Shown: positions 21,326-30,985 of the stretch, in pieces
Layout: each line of letters starts with the position of its first letter
How positions within the stretch are numbered: position 1 is the first letter of the stretch
NCBI GenBank assembly: GCA_043756865.1
Contig: JAYUQG010000025.1
Span: 921-64,920, forward strand
From: a bacterium
GTDB taxonomy: Bacteria; Patescibacteriota; Minisyncoccia; Phycocordibacterales; UBA6899
DNA length: 64,000 nt
Direction: 5' to 3'
The notes under the pieces: model-generated
Databases searched by the model: none
What the model saw: only the letters and a program-made list of their open reading frames with translations
Told to the model about the DNA's origin: nothing
Program-made: the position numbers and the translations under genes

Positions 21326-22105
21326 ATGAATACTCAGTTTCCAAGGTCGGTACGGGTGATATTCGACGAGTTTGGCCCCCACGTCCCCTACGCGGTAAAT
21401 CTCGCAGAACTGCTGCAGGTTCCTATCGAGGTCTTTGGACCGCTTCCTGATGCCACACTATTGGCAGGTGGCGCACTCCAACATCGTGCCCCACACCAGC
21501 TCCGCGCAGTCATGCATCAGCGTATCGGGGCGCACGTGCGGGCACTGCTCACTGGAAAATCCAATATCGACGTGCGAACGCACATCGAAGACATGCGCTT
21601 GGGAGACGGCTATATTGTTGTTTCCTGTGCAACGGACACACACCAAGATGTTCCGGTGCTTTCCCCCGCGGGAGAGCGGAGTGTGTTTCGTGAAACCAAG
21701 GGTCCGATTTTTGTCCCCCTCGGTGATGGGCCCTCCGGATTAGTTGGTGCGACGCAGGGTATCAAGGTTGCGGCACAACTCAACACGCCAATTGTGTTTT
21801 GGCATACCACGTGGCGTAACGCCAGAGTGACGGACGACGAACCGCGACTACACATCACAGTAAGTGCTGAGCAAGTTATCGCAAATGCGGAAGCCCTTGC
21901 GAGCGCTGCGGGAATAGCCTACTCCACACAATGTGTTTGTGCTGACGATGTGGTACAGGGAATCATTCGCGCTGCGCAACATGTCGGTGCCTCACTTGTC
22001 GTTATGGCTCGTGGAGGCCACAAATTATTCGGCACCTATACGGACCGTGTGCGTGCGCGCAACTGCCCCATTCCGATGCTCATGATTCCAGAGGAGACGA
22101 AATGA
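21326..22105 (+). CDS. universal stress protein-like
   Basis: C-terminal IFVPLGDG..LVVMARGG..FGT...CPIPMLMIP pattern. Confidence 0.65.
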   Translation: MNTQFPRSVRVIFDEFGPHVPYAVNLAELLQVPIEVFGPLPDATLLAGGALQHRAPHQLRAVMHQRIGAHVRALLTGKSNIDVRTHIEDMRLGDGYIVVSCATDTHQDVPVLSPAGERSVFRETKGPIFVPLGDGPSGLVGATQGIKVAAQLNTPIVFWHTTWRNARVTDDEPRLHITVSAEQVIANAEALASAAGIAYSTQCVCADDVVQGIIRAAQHVGASLVVMARGGHKLFGTYTDRVRARNCPIPMLMIPEETK

Positions 22106-23331
22106 TGAACCGCACAATTTCGTGGTTTAATCCGTCAGTCGTCCTCACCATCGGAATTATTGCCTGTCTTTTGCGGGTGCTCATGAAGCTTGGTGTTGGG
22201 TTTGAAGTGAACTCACCACTCCTAATCGGTGACGGCTTCCACAATATCAGCGACGTCGGATACGAACTCGCGGCACTCTTCATCCTGTGGATTGTGCATT
22301 GGAAACGCAATGTTATGCATGCGGGCGAAAACATGGGCGTCATGTTTCAGTTCGGAATTGTGTGGCTGATGGTGTTTCTTGCACTCTACATCGGGTACCA
22401 GTCCTTCCTTGGACTGTTCCCCTGTCCTTCGTGCGAAGCGAGTGTACGGAGCGTCTTCCCGTTTATTCCCGAATTCAAGCCGCACAACGAAGACGCATCG
22501 GCATACGGAATGATTATGCTGGCACTGGTATTATCGATTGCCATCTCATGGTACTCGAGCAGTTACCACATCAAGGCCGGCGAAGCGAGCGGCTACGGCA
22601 CCCTAATCACCATCGGCAAGGAAACCCGCAGTGACATGATGATCGAGTGTTCTATTCTCGGCGGCTTTGTCGGGGAATTCCTCTTCAATGCACCGTGGAT
22701 TGAGTATGTCTTTGGCATCGCGGTGATGTTCCTCATCTTGCGCACGGCATGGGAACTCTTTATTGAAGCAAACAACACCTTTCTGCAGGTTTCTATCGGT
22801 GATACGTTCGTTCGCGGTGTGACCACCTTGGTGCAGTCTAGTTATGGAATCGAGCGGATCGTAAAGCTCGAGACATACCCCGTGCTCCAAGTCGCACGTG
22901 TGAAAGTCTGGGTTGAAACCCGCGGAGGCGCCGAGGCCAACGAAGATATCCGTAATGCACTCGAGAGTCGCATCTGCAATTTTGCACACGAACAGGGATT
23001 CGCAGAATGCAGACCGGACATTTTCTTCACCATGCCACACAACGATTGGCACCGCATCGTCTTTGCGCTTTGGAAAAACGCAGGCGTCCAAGTCGTTGCA
23101 CCCGGTATTGCGAGCGCGACACATTTGCGCGTGTGCGACGTGGAGCATGGTGAAGTCGTAAGTGCCGAGGACATCGTGGCACCAATGGATACGCAGGCAC
23201 TCACGCAACTCCTCCAAGCGAAACATGTACGCAGCTATCGCGCGTTTGATGAATTACCCGCAGCCGTTAAGGCTCTTGCAGATGCGGGAATTGAGTACAC
23301 GCAAACTCCCACGGTCATGCCTCCTCGCTAA
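22102..23331 (+). CDS. cation diffusion facilitator with C-terminal NifB/NifX-like domain
   Basis: DGFHNISD site-A motif, about six TM helices, C-terminal extension. Confidence 0.7.
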   Translation: MMNRTISWFNPSVVLTIGIIACLLRVLMKLGVGFEVNSPLLIGDGFHNISDVGYELAALFILWIVHWKRNVMHAGENMGVMFQFGIVWLMVFLALYIGYQSFLGLFPCPSCEASVRSVFPFIPEFKPHNEDASAYGMIMLALVLSIAISWYSSSYHIKAGEASGYGTLITIGKETRSDMMIECSILGGFVGEFLFNAPWIEYVFGIAVMFLILRTAWELFIEANNTFLQVSIGDTFVRGVTTLVQSSYGIERIVKLETYPVLQVARVKVWVETRGGAEANEDIRNALESRICNFAHEQGFAECRPDIFFTMPHNDWHRIVFALWKNAGVQVVAPGIASATHLRVCDVEHGEVVSAEDIVAPMDTQALTQLLQAKHVRSYRAFDELPAAVKALADAGIEYTQTPTVMPPR

Positions 23332-23431
23332 TACACAACCCGCCCACCGGCGGGTTTTTGTTTCGCGCGAAGCGCCTGCATTGGCGCGTAGCGCTGGAAA
23401 AGTGAGTCTGCGAGCGACAACGCCAAATAGC

Positions 23432-23455
23432 AAAAACCCGCCGTGTGGCGGGTTG
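23432..23455 (-). terminator. terminator of nadE
   Basis: AACCCGCC-gtgt-GGCGGGTT hairpin with a U tract on the minus strand. Confidence 0.6.
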
Positions 23456-23459
23456 TGTT

Positions 23460-25439
23460 TCAATCAGGAAGTGCGTCAATCGCAGCGAGTGACCCATTCA
23501 GCCACTCCATTGATTTAACGATGGGCATCTGGATTGCGCGTTCTCGTTCAAGGTCCAAGGAGCCAAGGTGTATGGCGGGTGGCGAGACAACCCACTTGAA
23601 GGTGGTGTTGTAGCTCATCTTCACAAACCCTTTCACCCACTTCTTGAGGAGTCCCTTTGTGTAACCAGGATAGACGCGTGCGAGATCATCGTCACTCCAC
23701 ATGTTGCGCACGATGCCATACACCTCGTGTGGCATCAGTTTCTCGCCGTAGAAGAGTTGGATGCAAGCATCCAAGACTTCAATCGAGCCGATGTCATCTT
23801 CATCGCGCTGGTCATCCGCAAGCTCTGCGGATTCTTCCGACGCTATGAGCGAATCCAGTGACGCAAGGTTGTGGCGAGTCTTTCGCAGGTGCGCAATCAA
23901 GGCACGCACGACTGTCTTCGGGAGATTCCCCAACAGCGAATATGCGCCTGCAGTGAAGTCGCCGCCGACAGTGCCGTACCCAAGCGCCTTCTCAGTCATG
24001 TTGCCGCAATGGACAAGCAATGAGCCGTCTGCGTTCGAAAGGTTCTGCATGCGTGTCATGCGAATGCGCGGCATGATGTTCTGCACCGCAATACCCGAAG
24101 GCTCAACTCCACCCAGTTGCGCACGGAGTTCAGCAAGTTCACGCTCGAACGCTTCCTGGATAGGACGCTCTTCAAACTGCACTCCAAGCTCTTCGCAGAG
24201 GTCGCGCGCGATCGACTTAGTGATCGTCGAGTTGAACCGGCTCGGCATTGATACACACTTGATGAAATTGCGTATCCAATCTTTCTTGTGTGGAAGATTC
24301 TTGTATCTTTTTTCCGCATACAGATACACCAACAAGAGTGTCAGGGCCGAGTCGCGGCCACCCGAAAGCGCGATGAGGGTCGATTTGAAGACTCTCGACT
24401 TTTCGAAGTACCCTTTGTACCCGAGCACCATCGCTTCGATGAGTTCTTCGAAGTACTCTTCGCGAGGTGTGAGCACAGGACCCTCCGCAAGCGACGGGAT
24501 CATGAAGCTTTTCTGGCTCGGGATTGGGTACTTGTAGGACGGATGATTCGCAGCGGGACCTGAGCCGGAGAACGAAATCAGCCGCGGTTGGGGCATGCCT
24601 GAGCGACGCGCTTCTTCCGCATCGATGCGACGTGTCGTGTTGGCGCTGCGCGAGAGCCGTGTGCGGTCGAGGTCCACAACCTGTGTCCACACACCTTCGG
24701 TCCAACGCACTGCTTCGAAAATCTTCTGGCCGTTCTGGAAGACAAATCCGCCACCGTCTAAGACGAGTGCGTCCATGCCACCAATTCCGTTCACGTACAG
24801 CAAGGTGCAGTAGTTATCGGACGAACGCGTCGCGAGCATTTCACGTCGCGTGCCAATGACACCTGCGCGCCACGGCGAACCGTTGATGCTTATGGCGACC
24901 TCGGCACCCGCATATGCGCGACGCTTCATGGGGCCGTCAGGCGACCAGCAATCCTCGCAAATTTCGACTTCCATCTTTCCAAACGGGAACTCGAAAATGA
25001 GATCACCAAAGGCAATGCCTTCGATCTCGCCATACATGCCGGGGAATCCCCGCGCAAAGGTGCGCATGTCGTAAAAGACACCGTAGGTCGGAAGCTTTTC
25101 CTTCGGCACAATGCCGAGGATGCGCCCATTGTTTACTACCGCGGCGCAGTTGTAGACAGCGTCGTCGTAGAACACTGCAAGGCCAAACACAAAGACGGAG
25201 TCGAACGCTTTCGTATCTGCGGCAAAGCGTTTGAGATACTGCCACTGCAAGTCCACGAAGCCCTGCCAGTGCACAAGGTCTTCTGCGGGATAGCCGCACA
25301 ACACCATTTCGGAAGTTGCGACAATTGTCGCATTTTCCTTTGCGGCCTTGAGTGCAGCGGAAAGCACCGCGTGGTAGTTCGTTTCCATTGCGCCGACAGT
25401 AACGTCGACATTGAGTCCGGCAAGTTTGATGAGTCTCAT
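23460..25439 (-). CDS. nadE: glutamine-dependent NAD+ synthetase
   Basis: Nitrilase domain (SEM..GY, PKxxLP, ICED) plus ALSGGRDS synthetase motif; start moved to ATG25439 after an AAGGA RBS. Confidence 0.93.
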   Translation of the reverse strand: MRLIKLAGLNVDVTVGAMETNYHAVLSAALKAAKENATIVATSEMVLCGYPAEDLVHWQGFVDLQWQYLKRFAADTKAFDSVFVFGLAVFYDDAVYNCAAVVNNGRILGIVPKEKLPTYGVFYDMRTFARGFPGMYGEIEGIAFGDLIFEFPFGKMEVEICEDCWSPDGPMKRRAYAGAEVAISINGSPWRAGVIGTRREMLATRSSDNYCTLLYVNGIGGMDALVLDGGGFVFQNGQKIFEAVRWTEGVWTQVVDLDRTRLSRSANTTRRIDAEEARRSGMPQPRLISFSGSGPAANHPSYKYPIPSQKSFMIPSLAEGPVLTPREEYFEELIEAMVLGYKGYFEKSRVFKSTLIALSGGRDSALTLLLVYLYAEKRYKNLPHKKDWIRNFIKCVSMPSRFNSTITKSIARDLCEELGVQFEERPIQEAFERELAELRAQLGGVEPSGIAVQNIMPRIRMTRMQNLSNADGSLLVHCGNMTEKALGYGTVGGDFTAGAYSLLGNLPKTVVRALIAHLRKTRHNLASLDSLIASEESAELADDQRDEDDIGSIEVLDACIQLFYGEKLMPHEVYGIVRNMWSDDDLARVYPGYTKGLLKKWVKGFVKMSYNTTFKWVVSPPAIHLGSLDLERERAIQMPIVKSMEWLNGSLAAIDALPD

Positions 25440-25570
25440 GGAATATTCCTTCCGATGATTAATTAACAAAGAGCAATCACTCGTTGAGCACTTTATGTGT
25501 ATACAGTGCTCAATAAGTGGGCGGAGCATGTATTGCTACATACTCCGCCAAAAAACTTCTCGTGAAAAGA

Positions 25571-26911
25571 TCAGACGATGACCGCTTGTGTGATGCGATC
25601 TTCGCCGCCAAAGATTTCGACGTAACGTGCGACCTCATCCTTCGGGCCAGTAGCCTTTGTGATGTTGTCCGAGAGTTTCACGCACGGACGACCGTTGGCT
25701 TCGACGGCCTTGCACACGAGCGAGAACGGTTTGTAGACCTCGCGCCACGTGAGTGGCGAAAGTCCCGGCACCAACTCGTCGGCGCGCGGATGCAGGTCGG
25801 CGAAGTTATTGGTGAACATGGTTCCCTGAAGGAAACGTGTCTTGATTCGTCCGCGAAAGTGCCGCTCGATCTTGTCCATCGTGTCGGCCTTGTTGCCGTC
25901 GCTAAAGATGATCATCTTCGTCTTCGGGTCGATGCCGCGCGACTCGTACGCAGGGATGACAAGCTCATCACCAAACGTAAACGGGCTACCCGAATCATGG
26001 CGGTTTGTATGCCAGTTGTGCATGAGCCAATCCGGCGCATCACGATAGAAGCTCTTCGACATGAAGGTGTCCGGGAGTGCGACACCAAGCGCAGGGCCGT
26101 AGAGTGCGTCCCACTGGCGTAGCACCTCGTAGACCATCACAATCTTCGCATCGTTTCCGTCGACGAGCGCGTTCGTCACCATTTGCAGTTCGTGACCAAA
26201 TGTACCGCCGGGCACCATGTCATACTTCATCGCCATCCACACGTTGGATGTGCCGATGAGCTGACTACCGAGCACTTCCTTGCCGGCACGCAGGGTGAAC
26301 CGTTGCCAGTCAAAACTGTGTCTGCGACGAGTCCCACCCTCCAAGAGGATGATGTTCGGGTTCGCCTTGATACGGTGCAACTCTTCGTAATGCCGAGCTG
26401 TGGCGCGAGCGTAGACGACCTCGAGGTCAACGCGGCTCATGCGGCGCTCAAGCGAGAAGAAGTACAGATCCATGACGATGGCCATGGCGTAAATTTCCCA
26501 CATGCTCGCATGTGGCCAGTCCGACGGAAAACGCAGACGATACTGGTTGCCCTCACGACGTAGCTCGTAGTTTCCTGCACCGACACGAAAGTCGCGCAGG
26601 AACTCCAAGAACTCGTCGCTGAACATGTTGCGGTTCAAGACGTTGATGCCGCGGATGTAGGTCATGTCAGTGAGACTCGGACCGACATCGCACATGGCAT
26701 CCAGTGCCGCACGAAGTTCCGTCTCGTCGACGATTTCCGCGACCGGAATGTGGTGTTCGCGATTGATGAGCTCAAACGTGACGTTCACTTCCTTGTAGTA
26801 CTTCCAGATGAAGTGCAGCATCGTCAGCTTGTAAAAGTCGATGTCCGTGAACTTTTGCACGGGACGATAGGGACGTTCAGCGTGAAGCACGCGGTCAGCA
26901 AAGTCAGCCAT
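25571..26911 (-). CDS. pncB: nicotinate phosphoribosyltransferase
   Basis: DIDFYKLTM, GTRRRHS, GTSNV, GTFGHE, DSG, IFSDG and VKLSDN motifs. Confidence 0.93.
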   Translation of the reverse strand: MADFADRVLHAERPYRPVQKFTDIDFYKLTMLHFIWKYYKEVNVTFELINREHHIPVAEIVDETELRAALDAMCDVGPSLTDMTYIRGINVLNRNMFSDEFLEFLRDFRVGAGNYELRREGNQYRLRFPSDWPHASMWEIYAMAIVMDLYFFSLERRMSRVDLEVVYARATARHYEELHRIKANPNIILLEGGTRRRHSFDWQRFTLRAGKEVLGSQLIGTSNVWMAMKYDMVPGGTFGHELQMVTNALVDGNDAKIVMVYEVLRQWDALYGPALGVALPDTFMSKSFYRDAPDWLMHNWHTNRHDSGSPFTFGDELVIPAYESRGIDPKTKMIIFSDGNKADTMDKIERHFRGRIKTRFLQGTMFTNNFADLHPRADELVPGLSPLTWREVYKPFSLVCKAVEANGRPCVKLSDNITKATGPKDEVARYVEIFGGEDRITQAVIV

Positions 26912-27010
26912 TTGGCGTTCCTTTCGGGTTGGAAAAAACACAGTATCTTTTAAGAAACTACATCATTTTTACTGTTTTGTCAATGCTATTCCCTCTTCAA
27001 TTTCATAGAG

Positions 27011-27053
27011 CTGTATCTTAGTGTATTTTATACACTAAGATACAGAAAGTCAA
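27011..27053 (-). promoter_or_regulatory. sigma70 promoter overlapped by NrtR-type palindromic operator (box 1)
   Basis: TTGACT-17-TAAAAT; 16-bp perfect inverted repeat 27011-27045 with core TTAGTGTATTTTATACACTAA (GT-N7-AC). Confidence 0.75.
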
Positions 27054-27066
27054 GTAATTGGGGTAC

Positions 27067-27093
27067 AAAAAAACAGGGGACGAATCCCCTGTT
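27067..27093 (-). terminator. intrinsic terminator after the vWA gene
   Basis: CAGGGGA-ttcg-TCCCCTG followed by T7 on the minus strand. Confidence 0.8.
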
Positions 27094-27124
27094 GGTTAAC
27101 GATGCAAAAGAGCTTGTTGTTGAA

Positions 27125-27904
27125 TCAGGCGCCGAAGCCGCCACCAGCCGTCTGGCTGAACGCATTCGCGCCTTGTGAGGCACGCACTGCGGATTGGGAA
27201 AACACGGCGAACGCCTTGCGGATTTCAGTCTCGGAGTTACCGGGAGTGAGAATCCACTTGGCATCGATGCCCATCGAGGTGGCAACCTTGCGGAAGTCGG
27301 TGTGTCCGTCGTCGATACCCATGAAAGCGACGATGTGCGCTTCCGACAGGCCGTTCACGACCTTCGCGACATCACTCGGCTTCTTGTACCGCTGCGAGCC
27401 GTACTCGGCACCGTCGCAAACGATGAGGGTCGCCGAGCGTGCGGAACAGCCACCATTCTGGAACTCCTGCGACTTGGCGACGACGCCGCCGAGCGTGACG
27501 ATCGACTGATCGTAGAGTGGGGTCGAGCCGAAAGCTTCGTAGTTGTTCTGGTCGAGGTCGAACGCTTGGTCGATCGGCGTGTAGGGCATGAGAATCTTGC
27601 CGTTCAGGTAGCGCACGCAGATCAGAATGCCGTTGCACTGCTTCGAGTCGGCAAGCGACTTGCGAACCAAGTTGCAGCCATTGCGAACCACTTGCTCGTT
27701 GCCCGACTGGCGAATCGAGCCGGAGTCGTCGACGAGGAGCGTGACGAGGAAAACTTCCGACGCATCGACATCGTCGACCGAAATACCGAGGCCGGCCTGG
27801 ATTTGCTGACCGAGGTCAGGGATGGCGAAGACTGCGGCTGCCGCTGCATCAAGGGCACCTTCAGCGACTGCTGTGCCGAAGAGGGTTTGAACATTCTGGG
27901 ACAT
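27125..27904 (-). CDS. vWA domain protein (TerY-like)
   Basis: MIDAS residues DDSGS, TPLYD and CDG. Confidence 0.85.
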   Translation of the reverse strand: MSQNVQTLFGTAVAEGALDAAAAAVFAIPDLGQQIQAGLGISVDDVDASEVFLVTLLVDDSGSIRQSGNEQVVRNGCNLVRKSLADSKQCNGILICVRYLNGKILMPYTPIDQAFDLDQNNYEAFGSTPLYDQSIVTLGGVVAKSQEFQNGGCSARSATLIVCDGAEYGSQRYKKPSDVAKVVNGLSEAHIVAFMGIDDGHTDFRKVATSMGIDAKWILTPGNSETEIRKAFAVFSQSAVRASQGANAFSQTAGGGFGA

Positions 27905-27970
27905 GGAGATTCCTTTCGAGGGTTTGGGTGAGGGAGCGTAGTTGTGTTGCGCTCCCTTGGGGTTCGGAAA

Positions 27971-29020
27971 TCAGGCCTTGAGCCAGCTCGCCATCGGGTC
28001 GGTCGAGTTCACGATGTTCATGCCGAGTGCAGCATATTCATCGAGCGCCTTTTCCGCCTGCGAGGTGAAGTCCACGAGCCCAGGGACCACCACCGACGAC
28101 GTGCAGTCACGCAGGACGTACACCTTTTGTGCCAGCGCCTTGTCCTTGACGAGAATCTCTTTGACGAGATCGTCGATCGAAGACTTCACGCAGTGCGAAG
28201 CAGCTTGCCCGGCGATGATGACCGCGTCGTAGTCGAGCAGGGTCTTCAAGAGCGAAACGTTGCGTTGAGCAATCGCACCCTTCTGGTCGTACCGTTCGGT
28301 GACTTCGGGTCCGAAGATCGAGTAGTTCTCGGTCAGCGGGTTGCCGCCCTTCACTTGCGGGCTGTTCTGTGCGCCGCGCACGTACGAGTGGAAGAGACGC
28401 GCTTCTTGCATGAGGCCGACGAGGTTGTGACCCTCAGAACCGAGAATGCAGTGCTCCGGCCAGATGTAGAGCATGTACTTGCCCGTGTGTCCGCCTTCGA
28501 CGACTTTCTTGCAGTAGAACTGCACTTGCTTCAGGAGCCACGCGTACGGCACACCGACGATGCCGGCAACGACCGGATTCGGTGTTGCACGACCGGCCGG
28601 TTTGCCTGCGCGCATGATGGTCATTTCGCCGTCGATCATGTCGTGCGGCTGGAGCGGCTTGCCGTTTTCGTCGAGCCAGAACATCGGCGAGAAAATCTGG
28701 AACGCTTCGTGCGTGTCCAATGTCGGGAAGATCGAAGTGATGCTTCCCATCTCGCGGTAGATGAACTCGGTCAGACGACGTGAGTCGTCGATCGCGCCGG
28801 TACCGGAGCGGCCGCCCACATAGAGCGTCCCTTCAGGAAAGCAGAAATCACGTTGCACGTCGATGGGCATGAGCGCGACGCGCTTGCCGTCGTTGACCGC
28901 CTTGGTGATCTTGTTGTCAGCAGCGTATGCAGGTGCTTCCTCGGCGAGGATGCGCGCAGCGGGGTTGTAGTTCCATTTCGCAGCATGTGCTGCCTTGTAG
29001 AAACTCGGGATGTGATTCAT
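27971..29020 (-). CDS. long-form nicotinamidase-like cysteine hydrolase (PncA/isochorismatase family)
   Basis: IDVQRDF, DTH, WPEHC, KG..ENYS and GQAASHCV motifs. Confidence 0.85.
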   Translation of the reverse strand: MNHIPSFYKAAHAAKWNYNPAARILAEEAPAYAADNKITKAVNDGKRVALMPIDVQRDFCFPEGTLYVGGRSGTGAIDDSRRLTEFIYREMGSITSIFPTLDTHEAFQIFSPMFWLDENGKPLQPHDMIDGEMTIMRAGKPAGRATPNPVVAGIVGVPYAWLLKQVQFYCKKVVEGGHTGKYMLYIWPEHCILGSEGHNLVGLMQEARLFHSYVRGAQNSPQVKGGNPLTENYSIFGPEVTERYDQKGAIAQRNVSLLKTLLDYDAVIIAGQAASHCVKSSIDDLVKEILVKDKALAQKVYVLRDCTSSVVVPGLVDFTSQAEKALDEYAALGMNIVNSTDPMASWLKA

Positions 29021-29080
29021 GAGTCTAGCCTGCCTTTCGAGCGGGTGGTTGGGAGAGGGGGGGGTTGGTGGGAAAGCCCA

Positions 29081-30973
29081 TCATTTGACGCGGATGCGCC
29101 AAATACGGGAAGAGGTGACTGCATAAATGCCGTCGGAACCAAACAGTAGCTTCGTAGACGTATCCACGAAGCGTGCCGTGTCTGCATACGTTTTCGCTGC
29201 ATCGAGTGTCCCTTGCGGGGAACTTTCGACGCGAACGATTCCCTCATCGGTTGTGGCGAAAAGGAGCTTCCCTGTCGCACACTTGCCGTGAATGTTTTCG
29301 AGCCAGGAGCCGTCTCCGCGAGTTGCCTGCGCTGTACCAACCAACGTGCCATCTGATTTCCACATGAACATGTGGTTCGTGAGCACGCCTTGGTAATCGG
29401 TAGTCGCAGAAAACCAGCAATGGTCTGACGAGAATGTCGCAGTCGCGTCGATGAGCACTCCGTTCATTTTCGGGAGACTCACTTCACGTCCGATAGACAG
29501 GTGCTCGGGTTTGAAGAGATGCGCGCGCGTAATCTCGCCTGCTTGATAGAAGACGAAACCGAGATGCTCGGACACCCAGAGCAATGTCTGTCCTTGAAGC
29601 ACCTCGCCGACATTTTCGCCGTACGTGATACCGAGTACGCCACCGTACCTGCGCAGAAACCCGCCTTCGGCTGCGAACACATACTTGCTGTTCGCGTCGA
29701 CGATGGGCACGCGTCCCCGATAGAGGTCTACCGAGAAGCGATGCTCAGGATTACCGGAAGCATTTAGGAGTATTACCGTGCTTCCTTTTGCGATAACGGT
29801 CCGCGAACCGCTCAAGCGGATACGGAATTCCGGATCAATTGCGCCATCGAGGAGTTTTGCTGCCCCCTCACGTTTGTACACGTTGCTTTCGTTGTAGACG
29901 TACTTTGGCACTCCTCCTTGTGTAGTCGCGTAGAGGACGCGACCGAGTGTGTCGATGATTTTCGTTGCTTCCACCTTGTTAGTGATGACTTCGTTGACCG
30001 TCACTTCCGGCTGCGGTTGGCAGCTCGGGCATGAAGATCTCGCGTGCACCTGCTTGCATAGCGGGCACGCCGTGAAGCGTAGCCGCGAAAGCATCTGCAG
30101 AGGAATGCCGTCACGTTCATCGTGCACGAACATCTGCTCGAAACGATGCAGCAAGTCGTCCGGAAGAATTGCGTAATGCCGTGCCGCCTTTGGGTAGCGC
30201 ACTTCAGGTGAAAACACCGTCATGCGACCCCGTTGACGTTCGGAATCCGAGAATTTCTTCGCAGGAGCCTTAGGAATGTGTACGCCGCCATACGGGCCGA
30301 CGAACAAGAGTGCCTGCATGAGCATCACTGCGTATGCGTACCAGTCTGACTGCGCGTCGTGCGGCTTCTTGAGGTCGATGCCGCTCGAGAGGTCACAATG
30401 AGTCGGGTCCACAAAGCGTGGCGTAAAGACCCGCGACAGAAACTTGCCGAACTGCATGCTGTCTGCGTCGACGAGCATGGGGGTATCTGCCCCGTCAATC
30501 ATCACATTGAGGTCATTGAAGTCCCCGATGATGACACTTTTCCGGTGAATGCCGGAAATCAGTTCGTGCAGCTGGACGAGGATGCCAACCATGCGTTGAT
30601 CGGAAATTCCTTGTGCTTCCCGATACTTGCGTTCCGAGTACTTGAGCAGCACCTCCGCACCGGAGAGGAACTTCATCGAATAACCGATGATTGCCCCACC
30701 TTTCGCACCGGTAATAAGTGCGCGTGGACCAACAACTTGGTCGGGTAGCCCTTTGGGAAAGGCAGGCAACTTGAGCTGGTGCTCTTCAATACGTAATTGC
30801 GCCATTTTCTGCGCAACAGGATCGCCAGAGAAGGCGAGGTGCGAGGAAGTTTTGAAGATTTTCCCGACGTCCCCATTAGAAAGTCGATAGATCTCCGCTT
30901 CACCACCCTCACCCACCATGTCCTTGGGATTGAGTCGCTGGTGTGTTCCGTTGAACACCACTTCGATGGCCAT
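29081..30973 (-). CDS. Ser/Thr-type protein kinase with Zn ribbon and beta-rich C-terminal domain
   Basis: GEGGEA loop, KIFK, GDFNDLNV, VDADS and CPLC..CPSC motifs. Confidence 0.85.
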   Translation of the reverse strand: MAIEVVFNGTHQRLNPKDMVGEGGEAEIYRLSNGDVGKIFKTSSHLAFSGDPVAQKMAQLRIEEHQLKLPAFPKGLPDQVVGPRALITGAKGGAIIGYSMKFLSGAEVLLKYSERKYREAQGISDQRMVGILVQLHELISGIHRKSVIIGDFNDLNVMIDGADTPMLVDADSMQFGKFLSRVFTPRFVDPTHCDLSSGIDLKKPHDAQSDWYAYAVMLMQALLFVGPYGGVHIPKAPAKKFSDSERQRGRMTVFSPEVRYPKAARHYAILPDDLLHRFEQMFVHDERDGIPLQMLSRLRFTACPLCKQVHARSSCPSCQPQPEVTVNEVITNKVEATKIIDTLGRVLYATTQGGVPKYVYNESNVYKREGAAKLLDGAIDPEFRIRLSGSRTVIAKGSTVILLNASGNPEHRFSVDLYRGRVPIVDANSKYVFAAEGGFLRRYGGVLGITYGENVGEVLQGQTLLWVSEHLGFVFYQAGEITRAHLFKPEHLSIGREVSLPKMNGVLIDATATFSSDHCWFSATTDYQGVLTNHMFMWKSDGTLVGTAQATRGDGSWLENIHGKCATGKLLFATTDEGIVRVESSPQGTLDAAKTYADTARFVDTSTKLLFGSDGIYAVTSSRIWRIRVK

Positions 30974-30985
30974 AAGACCTCCCTG

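Noticed and set aside
27194-28783. Long plus-strand ORFs (245 and 279 aa) over the vWA and PncA-like genes
   Set aside because: Antisense shadows of GC-rich genes, with no motifs.
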